A DNA stretch of 64,000 nucleotides from Eledone cirrhosa (lineage: Eukaryota), in NCBI GenBank assembly GCA_964016885.1, contig OZ024752.1, forward strand, positions 43,958,001 through 44,022,000. The letters run 5' to 3'. The notes under the pieces were generated by a model that searched no databases, was not told where the DNA came from, and worked only from the letters and a program-made list of their open reading frames with translations. Shown here piece after piece: positions 53,794 to 64,000 of the stretch (position 1 is the first letter of the stretch; every line of letters begins with the position of its first letter). The translations under genes were made by a program, and so were the position numbers.

Positions 53794-53919
53794 TATATAT
53801 ATATATGATCTTTACATCTGATTCAATGAATTGGAACATTTTTTATGTTTTCCTTAGAGATTCATTTCATATAATTGGCTTTTCCCTGTCATTTCAGTCC
53901 CTACATTTCTAAAGGCTGT

Positions 53920-54189
53920 CTTAAGCCAGAAGGCTCGTTTAGCCAGTAGTTATCTCGGTTTCATGGTGTGAAGCGACTGAGAGTACAAGACTTCCACCTG
54001 GACAGGGCACCAGTCCATCGCAGAGTTAAACCCCCAGCTATTACTGGTATGAATTTTCAGCTGAGTATACTGGAGCAACGTGAAATGAAGTGTTTTGCTC
54101 AAGAACACAACACACAACCCAGTCCAGAAATCAAACCCATATTATTTTTGTAATTCCAACACCCTTACCACTAGGCCAAGCACCTCCAC
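53920..54189 (-). mobile_element. Older tRNA-derived SINE with family-A-like head and CORE but a different 3' domain
   Basis: Minus strand TGGAGGTGCTTGGCCTAGTGG head, CTTGAGCAAAACACTTCATTTCACGTTGCTCCAGT, then CTGCGATGGACTGGTGCCCTGTCCAGG domain. Confidence 0.7.
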
Positions 54190-55964
54190 AATTTAGACTT
54201 AAATAACTTGTTTACTACCATACACTGGACATCAATTTGTTTAGAATATGTATTTGGAGGAGATTCATTTCACTGAGAGATTGTGTTGTCTAATTTATCT
54301 GTGTATGTTTGATTGATTTTGTGGAAGAGTTCGGTTTGCTACGTTAGTGGTAATTGGTGAGACCAACCAAAGGTTTGAATCTTCTTAAGAATCAATAAAG
54401 AAGGATATAAAAGGGAGACAATTAGATTGGTTCCTATCATAGAATTGTGAAATCTATAGAATTAACATCCATTTATGCTTTTAAATATGGTAAATTTTAT
54501 TTCCTAACTTCTGATAGCTAAATGTTATTATTCCTCCAGAGATAATTGAAGTTTTTTTGTCCTTTATCATCACAACTCTTTCTGGTTGATCCATAGGGAA
54601 TTTCATTAAGTGTGGAGACTTTTTTTGTCTGGGGAGCAGTTTGTTTGTTAAACGGCCACTCAAATTTTATAGCTAAATAGATATAACTACAGTTTTTTAA
54701 TTAGAAGCCTAAGCTGTGAAAACAATGAAGTGTATACACTTTCAATTATTTTTCTGTACACATAAAAACCATTAGAAATTATATTCTTATGTATATCAGA
54801 CATTGTGGTTTCATCAGAGAATACCATAGAGGAATATTGTGTCACAGAATATAGAAAATACTAGCATACACTTGGTGACATTATAAATATTTATGCTAAA
54901 ACACTGTTTATTTGAAGATAAACATGATATAGATATAGCTACCAATTTTGAATTAGAGACCTCCACTGTGTGAAAGGTAAAACTTTTGAACTTTTCTTCC
55001 AAACTATGAAAAATATAAGAAATTTTTCTTATGCATTTTAGAAATGTTTATGTCCTCTTTAGAAAATATTCACTTCTATGATTGTATAGAGGAATAATGC
55101 TATATATTGTCATAAAGAATATAAAAAATACCAATATGCATATGTTTTTTGATGTAATTAAATAAACTATATATATTTATGCTGGAACACAGTGTATGTT
55201 TTAAGATTTTAAGGTAAACCTAAAATATATGTAACTACCATTTTAGGTGTAATTGTCTACGTTGAGAAACAAATAAAGTATTGTGGTAGAAATGCAAATC
55301 GCTTATCTTAGGGAGTCCTTGTCCAGCTAGCCATACAACTCAAGAACTACATTCACCAAACTCTGGTCAGAAAATAGATTTTTATGGAGACCCATATAAC
55401 ATCAAACTTACCAGCTTTGCGATAACATGTGGTAAAGAAGCCCTTTTCAGCTCAACTTCCACTGGCATCACTTACCCCCTTTTCACTTCTGGTGCACAAC
55501 CCTCTAGACCACATGTTCCTTTGATCAAAATATTACTTCATAGACCGTCACCCCATGTCAAAGTCGTCAGTCCATCTTAGGTAGACATCATTCCGTCAAC
55601 AGGAGTGTAATTCTAATCCGAGGAACTGACAACCCTGACACTTTCTTCAATATATTGCACTACTCTCTTCAGATGTCTCCATATCTGAAAACTGACTCCG
55701 CTGCCTATCCTGATCGAGGTAACGTACCAAAACACTACCTCATTTCAGGAATATATCCTTAATCTTGTGATGAGGTCTCTTCAAAATCCCATATCCACTT
55801 GGTGCAACTCTGAAGAAGTGTTTCACATTCCATTTATCAAGCATCTCTTTCAGCAAATTTGAAAGCAATGCAGTAACAGCTGATCCACAGGACGCCAACA
55901 ATAGTTGTTCAACATCTCTGCTTTTGCCTCACGTCTCTACCCTCGTTTCAGTTCCATATTGCCA

Positions 55965-56290
55965 TCTACTCCTGTCCACCATTGAGTTACATCCCCAGCT
56001 TGTCTACTCCAGTCCACCATTGAGATACATCCCCATCTTGTCTACTCCAGTCCACCATTGAGATACATCCCCAGCTTGTCTACTCCACTGTCCACCATTG
56101 AGATACATCCCCAGCTTGTCTACTCCTGTCCATCATTGAGATACATCCCCAGCTTGTCTACTCCTGTCCATCATTGAGATACATCCCCAGCTTGTCTACT
56201 CCAGTCCACCATTGAGATACATCCCCAGTCTACTCCCGTCCACCATTGAGATACATCCCCAGTCTACTCCAGTCCACCATTGAGATAAAT
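55965..56290. repeat. Minisatellite, 34-40-bp unit x ~9
   Basis: GTCCACCATTGAGATACATCCCCAGCTTGTCTACTCCW. Confidence 0.93.
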
Positions 56291-56902
56291 CCTCAACTTC
56301 TATTCATTCACGTCAAATGTTGTCCTCTTGCCAATTGTTTTCTACCGGAATCTTCCCCACCTCATGTGATACAGAGTCAATGGACTGCCACCTGTTACAT
56401 CTCACTACTATAGACAGTGAGGAGCACAGTTGTTTGTAGCTACAGGGACCCAGTTTTGTCTGCAAAAACTGGTGATATGACCTGCTTGATTACATTGGAA
56501 ACATTAATTCAAGCTTTGACACTTTACAGTCCCTAATCTTGTGTGGACCCCAACATAAATAAACATGACAAATAATTTGAAAAGAAGATAGCAAAGATAA
56601 ACACTTTTAAGTTATTTTATTCACGAACAAATGAAAAACTGAAAAAATAGCTTCATGAGCAATATGTCTAGTTGATAAAACTTTCTCCATAAATAGGAGA
56701 CCTTTTTTCTCTTTACACCAGTTCTGATTATATTCTTGCCTGTGTCTTTTGATGGAAACAAAATAAATCTTATTTGGCACGCATTTAAGAGTCAGAGCTA
56801 ATCTTTGATAGAAAAAAAAAAAATCATAAACAAAGAAGCTTTTAAATAAAATAATGAAATAAAGCCATTGAGAAGAAATAAACAAGTTTTGTAAACTAGT
56901 CT

Positions 56903-56941
<39 letters not shown>

Positions 56942-57026
56942 AGACTCTTTTTCTACTATATCAAGCTTAAAACTAATATATTTCTTCATTGTACTGTGTT
57001 TGCTTATTTTTGTTTGCGTTTTGCAT

Positions 57027-57080
<54 letters not shown>

Positions 57081-57458
57081 AATTAAAATAAAACCAAACA
57101 AACAAAGTGCACACATCAATGGAAAGGTTAAATGTGCTCTATATAATATAAAAATATAATAAATTTCTACAAGTCAAATAATTCAGACATGGTTATTTCA
57201 GAACTGATGGGTATTTTATGTAAAAAATACAACAGTATCACACATATTATATATATATTTCATCACAAAAAATATACAGATGTGTGTGTGTGTGTGTGTA
57301 TACTTACATAATAAATGTTATTTTTTATTCAACAGTTTGGAGAAAAACTAATTTTTGATAAGTTCAAAATAATTTTAAAAAAGACAACAAAACTAAAATT
57401 CAAAATTGCAAACTTGGCTCTTTTTCATATCAACTCCATTGACATAATTGCTTAACAT

Positions 57459-57585
57459 TCAAAAAGAGAAATTCACAGAGGAAAGGCCCATCTTCTTAGG
57501 ATCTTTGTAAGCATAACTGATACAATAATGGGATAGAAGTTGCTGTAAAAGTTCGTGCTCATCAAGAAGTTCCAATTTCTCAATC
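57459..57585 (-). CDS. LCMT1: LCMT1 terminal exon
   Basis: IEKLELLDEHELLQQLLSHYCISYAYKDPKKMGLSSVNFSF*; AATAAA about 130 nt downstream (57324-57329). Confidence 0.94.
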
Positions 57586-58099
57586 CTATTTAACAATAAA
57601 ACAGAAATTTATATATCATATCGTCAAATAAGTCACAAACAAAACTTAGAATACATTCTCACATTTTTTAAACATATTTGTACCAGCAATATTGAGTTCT
57701 TTCTCATGTTGTATGTTATTTTTTAATATATTCAAATATATGTTAAAAATACCTACATTACTATATATATATATATATAACACACAGTCCACGCTGTAAA
57801 TGTGGCCGTGTAGGCAACACGGTAAAAACCTCCCAGCCCCACACTGTAAATGTGGTTGGTGTTAGGAAGGGCATCCAGCTGTAGAAAACCCGCCAGACAG
57901 TCCACGCTGTAATGTGGCCGTGTAGGCAACACGGTAAAAACCTCCCAGCCCCACACTGTAAATGTGGTTGGTGTTAGGAAGGGCATCCAACTGTAGAAAA
58001 CCCGCCAGACAGTCCTATGCGAGCAAGACAACCACTCTTGCCTCAAGTGGGAAAACCCCCGTCCAAACCCATGCAAGCGTGGAACACGGACGCTAAACC

Positions 58100-58133
<34 letters not shown>

Positions 58134-61100
58134 ATATGTGTGTAAGAATAACATTAAGAAAGATGCTGTGTTTACATAAAGCGTTTATTCATTATAATTA
58201 TTTTTATGACAACCCATATGCAATCCAAGATGTAGTAGTTGTATTTGATGCTGGTTTGGGTGTGATTTCATCAGATGAATTTACGTTTATGTGATATGCT
58301 GCAGGCAAAAACATTTTGTTTGCCTGACTAACACACTCCTGCTTACTCCTGTTTTTACCTAAGTGGCATCCCAGCTCACACGGATAAACAAATATTTTAC
58401 TGGACACACGCACATATATGTAGGAATGCGGTGAGTGGGGAGATGCTGTGCTGAGAAAGACCCATTCAACCCATGTAATTGTGAAAAAACAGACATAAAA
58501 TCGATGATGATATGTGTATATATGGTATGGTTAGGGAATTATAGGGGTGCCAGCTTTAAACACAGTAGATTTCTTCCAGAGAATGATAGAGAGTGAGAGA
58601 GAGAGCAAGTGAGAAAGAGAGATAGAGGAAGAATCAACTCCAGTAAAAATATAAATGAAATCTACAGCTAATGACTTTAAAAGAACTGTCCAACCTTACC
58701 TCTGAACATCTGCTTGTGGTAAGCTAGCATAGACATGAGTCATTTCAAGCATATCAGCAAATTCCCAGCCATTTGTCAGGAATCTAAAGCAACAGATAAG
58801 AAATAGTTAATAAAGAGTTACATTTTGTGCATGATAAAGAACGAAAAAAAAAAAAAAAAATTTCATAGACATTTCTCCATAGTCTAATTGTATACATGGT
58901 ATGGTCCCTTCAAATACCTCCGAAGGGAGCCATAAAGGTGACGTATTGACATACAGGGTTTCTAGGACATTTTTTTAAAAACCTGGCAGAGCCCATTTCC
59001 TCTCCAGGTCGGAACACACCAGAAAAGGATAGAGAGGGTAAAATATATAGAAGAAGAACCGACCTCAGTACTGGACTGGTACTTTTTTTATCGACCTCAA
59101 AAGGATGAAAGGCAAAGTTGGCCTCAACAGGATTTGAACTCAGAAAGCAGAGAGTGGAAATGAATACTGCAGAACATTCTATCAGACGTTCTAATGACTC
59201 TGCCAATTCGCCGCCTATATAATCTAATTAGAAAGGTCAAATTAATTGTGTGATATTTGTTTTTCTTCGAAAGGTATTAGTGATATAAATATCTGGTTTA
59301 GAATACCATATCCCTGTCATAAAAGGTGGCCATGTGAAATGGCAACCAACTATAAAACATTGCTTCAAGAAAGATCCTGTGATAAGCCTGAACCCTATCA
59401 TGGGATCTGCAAGGCCAACCCTTTCTTTAATAGGAAAAATGGCCTTAAAATGATTGCTGCTACTACTGATACAAGTGGTGATATGATTTACTGTGAGGAA
59501 GACATTAAAATGGTGGTTGATATTGAGATGTATTACAAAGCTTTATGTCTCCCAAACTGTAGCGTTTCCCTTCACCATCTTCCATGTACTGTCAACATAG
59601 ATCTGTTGAAGCTGAACACCATGTACTGTCAACGTAGATTTGTTGAAGCTGAACACCATGTACTGTCAACGTAGATCTGTTGAAGCTGAACACCATGTAC
59701 TGTCAACGTAGATCTGTTGAAGCCAAACACCATGTACTGTCAACGTAGATCTGTTGAAGTTGAACACCATGTACTGTCAACGTAGATCTGTTGAAGCCAA
59801 ACACCATGTACTGTCAACGTAGATCTGTTGAAGCTGAACACCATGTACTGTCAACGTAGATCTGTTGAAGCCAAACACCATGTACTGTCAACGTAGATCT
59901 GTTGAAGTTGAACACCAACTACATTAATCTGATGAGTCGAGTCTGAGAAAACCTGTAAACTTTATCAGTGATGTTCTTTCTTCCTTGATAAGACAATAAT
60001 TTGAAGTTACCTTGTAGTTTGTGTGTTGAGATCAGTACAAGCGTTGACACCAGGTAAATCACACTGCCGGGCTTTCAGGTTGCAGACCATAATCTGGCCA
60101 AATTTATCACTCATATGAATCTGCAAATGAAAATTATGTAATTATATTGTTTCACTGAATTATATTATCTTCAGATTAATTATTCTAATACACCCGGCCC
60201 ACAATGTAAAGTTTTGGTGGTGTTGGTACCATAAAAAAGTACCCAGTTCACCTTGTCAGATGGTAGTGGTGGTGCCACGAGAATATGAAGCAGGTACACG
60301 TTGTGAAGTAATTACAAAGTTGTAGTATTGACGTGAATTGATTAACCTCTTCCAAAATCTTGCTATTGAGTACAGCAGAGACTCTTCATATTGACAACAC
60401 TTAAAGCAACTGGTGCCATTTGTTTATGTCCTACAATGTAGCTTTGGTGAAGATGAACAATGTATGCCATATATATAAATAAAGTAAGACTTGACAAGAG
60501 AAAAAGTATCTAGCATAGAAAAACTGCTTTAAAACATAGTTGTCATATAAACCATACCAGCATCAAAAGGCAGACATATACGATAATGATAATGATGGTG
60601 ATGATGATGATATATGTAGAAAACTGTGGTTAAAGCAGTTATGTTCACTGATGAGATTTTAGTAAATAATATGGAGGCACATGGCTTAGTGGTTAGAGCA
60701 TTGGCCTTGCAATCGAAAGGTTGTGAGTTCAATTCTCAGACCGGGTGATGTGTTGTTTCCTTGAGCAAGACACTTTATTTCACATTGCTCCAGTTTACTC
60801 AGCTGTAGAAATGAGATGATAGGGACTGGGGTCCCTATCATTCCACGGCAAAAAAGCACCCAGCACTCACTGTAAATGAGGTTGGTGTTAGGAAGGGCAT
60901 CCAGCTGTAGAAATCAAGCCAGAATCAGTTCCCGTCCCACTCTTGCAAGCAGGGAAAAGCGGACGTAAAATGAAATGATGAAATGATGATGAATACGGGA
61001 GAAAACAAATTTATATCAGCTTTATGGTGAATACAAATCTCAGAAGAGGGGCTAAGAATATGACTGAGTCATTGCATAAGGCTTCTTCTTTGACCACTTA

Positions 61101-62459
61101 TTCCTGAGAGAGTCATGGGGAGCAGAGTCCTCAAAAACTCACACCAGCAGGTCCTGCCAGAAGCAACTGTCTCTAATTGATCTGGTTGATCCCCAAGCGA
61201 GATCAGCCAAGCTCATGGATGTTATCCAACCATTTAATGAGGCAAATACCAATAAAACATAACCTAATATTGAGCAAAACAAGTCTCAACACTAATAAAT
61301 ATGGAGATATCTAATTGTTTTTCATTTTATTCCAATGTTTTACCTGTTCATAGTTGATGAAAAAGGTTGTAACAAAGTTGTCAGCAATCCATTTTATCAT
61401 ATTACTTGAATGGTTGACCTCAATATATACAAGAACACACTCAGTGACAAATGCAGTTGGTAAAGTATAGTCAACATTACAAGTCTTCAATTTGGCATCT
61501 AACTCTTTCACATTTCGAAGGTCAGCACCAACTAAATGGTAGTTATCACTGTGAAGATCAATCTTATCAAATCTGATTTCACCATCTGAAATGAAGAGAA
61601 AACATGTGACATTAAGTGAAATAAAAGCTACTGGTTTTATTTCTACATCATTATCCTATATAAGTAAGCAGTAATTCAGTCATGAGAACATCACATAGAA
61701 TGCTTTGAGGTGTTTGTTCCAGCTTTCTGTGCTCTGAGTTCAAAACTCACCAAAGTCAACTTTGCCTTTCATCCATTTGATGTTGATAAAGTAAGAACCA
61801 GTCCAGCACTGGAATTGATTCTTTCTCTATATTTCTCATCCCCTCTCTCATTCTCTGGAAGAAATTAACTGTTTGCCATAACACTAGCATGACTATATAT
61901 ATAAGCACCCAGTCTACACTGTAAATATACTTGGTGTTAGGAAGGGCAACCAACCATAGAAACCAAGCCAGAAACAGTTCTGTATGAGCAAGACATGGTC
62001 ATCTGATTTGACTTGTCTCACAATAGGACAACTCATCTAACCCATGCTAGCATGGAAAAATGGACGTTAAACGGTGATGTTGATAATGCAATACCTAAAA
62101 GAAGCCAATATATATTTTAATGAAGCAATCTACCATTTCTGCCAACTTAACAACTCTCTTGTGGAAAAAATTATATTAAAATAATTATTTTAAAGTAATG
62201 GTGATATTGTAATAGAGGTGACAACAAATTCATTAAAATAAAGATTAAATAATAATATAGAATATTCTGACATGCCTTCAGAAGTTAACTTTTGGAGAAG
62301 ACCTTTGCGAGATTTAATATAATGGCATTTCTTTGCAGTCACAGTCTGGAAATCAACTTCAATATAAGATTTTGGGGTGAGATTCCGGTCTTTAAATTGC
62401 CAAAATGTTGTATCATACCCTGCTCCTAAGTTTATAATTTGGCAGTTACAGCGGGTGAG
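57459..62459 (-). CDS. LCMT1: Leucine carboxyl methyltransferase 1 (PP2A methyltransferase), 3' five exons; 5' exons not found in window
   Basis: Exons 62276-62459, 61344-61585, 60011-60120, 58700-58783, 57459-57585 join in phase; motifs CQIINLGAGYDT, YIEVDF, VGADLR, ECVLVY, FINYEQ, DKFGQIM, RIEKLELLDEHELLQQLLSHYC match LCMT1/PPM1. Confidence 0.95.
57781..58130 (+). mobile_element. Headless RTE-tailed SINE-like repeat with internal ~110 bp tandem duplication
   Basis: Near-identical to 2735-2960 with the first module repeated twice. Confidence 0.8.
58700..58783 (-). CDS. LCMT1: LCMT1 internal exon
   Basis: FLTNGWEFADMLEMTHVYASLPQADVQR; donor GTAAGG. Confidence 0.93.
59030..59217 (-). mobile_element. 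SINE family B, best preserved copy
   Basis: Minus strand GGCGGCGAATTGGCAGAGTC head, B box GAGTTCAAATCC, CTTTGCCTTTCATCC body. Confidence 0.75.
59582..59917. repeat. Minisatellite, 37-bp unit x 9
   Basis: CCATGTACTGTCAACGTAGATCTGTTGAAGCTGAACA. Confidence 0.95.
60011..60120 (-). CDS. LCMT1: LCMT1 internal exon
   Basis: IHMSDKFGQIMVCNLKARQCDLPGVNACTDLNTQTTR; AG/GT bounded. Confidence 0.95.
60672..60992 (+). mobile_element. tRNA-derived SINE family A
   Basis: Full-length match in an LCMT1 intron. Confidence 0.9.
61344..61585 (-). CDS. LCMT1: LCMT1 internal exon
   Basis: DGEIRFDKIDLHSDNYHLVGADLRNVKELDAKLKTCNVDYTLPTAFVTECVLVYIEVNHSSNMIKWIADNFVTTFFINYEQ. Confidence 0.95.
61690..62085 (+). mobile_element. 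SINE family B followed by headless RTE-tailed SINE
   Basis: GAGTTCAAA...CTTTGCCTTTCATCC then GGTGTTAGGAAGGGCA...CCCATGCTAGCATGGAAAAATGGACGTTAAAC. Confidence 0.7.
62276..62459 (-). CDS. LCMT1: LCMT1 internal exon (SAM-binding motif)
   Basis: LTRCNCQIINLGAGYDTTFWQFKDRNLTPKSYIEVDFQTVTAKKCHYIKSRKGLLQKLTSE; ends at a GC donor. Confidence 0.92.
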
Positions 62460-62577
62460 CTAAAAGTACACAGAAGAAGAAAATATTTTGTTCTTTAAAT
62501 ATGTGAAGATTGAGGAGACCAACATTTGGTAAAGCGAAATGTATAATAACAAACTTGGAATTTTAGAGTAGAATTAA

Positions 62578-63220
62578 AGATTACTAATAGATCAACAAAC
62601 TACCAATAGTAAAGTGTGATTACTAATAGACCGACAAACTACCAATACTAAAGTGTGATTACTAATAGACCTACAAACTGTAGTAAAGTGTGATTACAAA
62701 TAGACCTACAAACTGTAGTAAAGTGTGATTACTAATAGGGCTACAAACTGTAGTAAAGTGTGATTACTAATAGGGCTACAAACTGTAGTAAAGTGTGATT
62801 ACTAATAGGGCTACAAACTGTAGTAAAGTGTGATTACTAATAGGGCTACAAACTGTAGTAAAGTGTGATTACTAATAGGGCTACAAACTGTAGTAAAGTG
62901 TGATTACTAATAGGGCTACAAACTGTAGTAAAGTGTGATTACTAATAGGGCTACAAACTGTAGTAAAGTGTGATTACTAATAGGGCTACAAACTGTAGTA
63001 AAGTGTGATTACTAATAGGGCTACAAACTGTAGTAAAGTGTGATTACTAATAGGGCTACAAACTGTAGTAAAGTGTGATTACTAATAGGGCTACAAACTG
63101 TAGTAAAGTGTGATTACTAATAGGGCTACAAACTGTAGTAAAGTGTGATTACTAATAGGGCTACAAACTGTAGTAAAGTGTGATTACTAATAGGGCTACA
63201 AACTGTAGTAAAGTGTGATT
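62578..63220. repeat. Minisatellite, 35-bp unit x ~18
   Basis: GATTACTAATAGGGCTACAAACTGTAGTAAAGTGT. Confidence 0.97.
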
Positions 63221-63507
63221 AATATCCAAGACAAAAATTGAAATTGTGGTGAGCCAAATGTGTGACATTAATTTGAATTCTAGCTGAGAAAGACAAACCC
63301 CAATTGAAAATGTGTTGTTTGTTCACAGGATGTGAATATTCTCCTTGTGTTATCTACTGATAGTAAGAAGGCTTATCTATAGGTTTACCACGATTCTCAG
63401 TTGTGGCAAATATCTACATGGAATACTTTGAGGAAATGGCTTTAAGGATGACATCACTTAAACCAACCATGTGGTTGAGATATGTATAATAATAATAATA
63501 ATAATAT

Positions 63508-63775
63508 CTCGGGCATGGACAATCCAATGAGTGAGTTTGTTGTTGAGGATCTTCAGCAAGTCATACCAACCCTAAAGCTCCTCGGATTTAAGATCAACCC
63601 GTCTGGACCAGGGCTCAGCTAACACTGAAAGATGCTGTCTACCTTTTGGGCTCTCCAATCCTCCCCCAAACCACACAAGGGTGCCTGGGTACCAAGCATG
63701 CAGCCCCAATAAGAATGACGGAACGATTGCGCCTAATCGTGCTGCACCTAGCACTCTTCATACCCGAGAATGTGT
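63508..63775 (+). mobile_element. Decayed CRE-like non-LTR RT fragment (thumb region)
   Basis: LLGFKINPS...AVYLLGSPI...IRMTERLRLIVLHLALFI; preceded by (AAT)n. Confidence 0.5.
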
Positions 63776-64000
63776 AAATGTAAAACAACTCCTGTTCCAG
63801 TTCTTTTCTTGAGGTATATAATTAAAGAAGCATGACATCTGCCAAATGTTATGTTAAATCAACTAATTATATTGCAGAAAAAGTAAGGAAGATCTGATAT
63901 TACTGACTAACCGGTCCTGTTTATAACTTCTAACATTTTGTGACTACAATCGTATATGATTCTTCCAACTGAAGCTTCGTCTCGTTGACACTTGCGATGA

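Noticed and set aside
55300-55960. Probable very decayed LINE fragment (also 4130-4390, 45270-45600)
   Set aside because: Only faint RTE-like remnants; cannot be classified confidently by eye
59925-59960. Hammerhead-like CTGATGAG...GAAA
   Set aside because: No stem II closing G-C pair and no convincing stems I and III

Overview
AT-rich, microsatellite- and SINE-dense eukaryotic DNA; the repeat repertoire suggests a coleoid cephalopod (octopod-like), which is my inference. Three spliced housekeeping genes can be reconstructed by hand. RRP7A is complete on the minus strand (8 exons, 9653->1738, about 268 aa). NAA60/NatF is complete on the plus strand (5 coding exons, 32379->43589, 238 aa). The 3' five exons of LCMT1 lie on the minus strand (62459->57459). 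Most ORFs in the supplied track are microsatellite or retroelement artefacts. The rest of the window holds tRNA-derived SINEs, L1/Tx1, RTE, CR1 and CRE-like LINE fragments, piggyBac-, hAT- and Tc1/pogo-type MITEs, a decayed hAT transposase, and more than ten unrelated minisatellite arrays. Most notable: (1) the last NAA60 intron is a U12-type minor intron whose retention creates an immediate in-frame TAG exactly between the catalytic domain and the membrane-anchor exon; (2) Tx1-like LINEs sit in microsatellite tails of other retroelements with different apparent targets; (3) inverted SINE pairs surround RRP7A exons 5-6; (4) LCMT1 has a GC-AG intron; (5) several isolated long hairpins are present.
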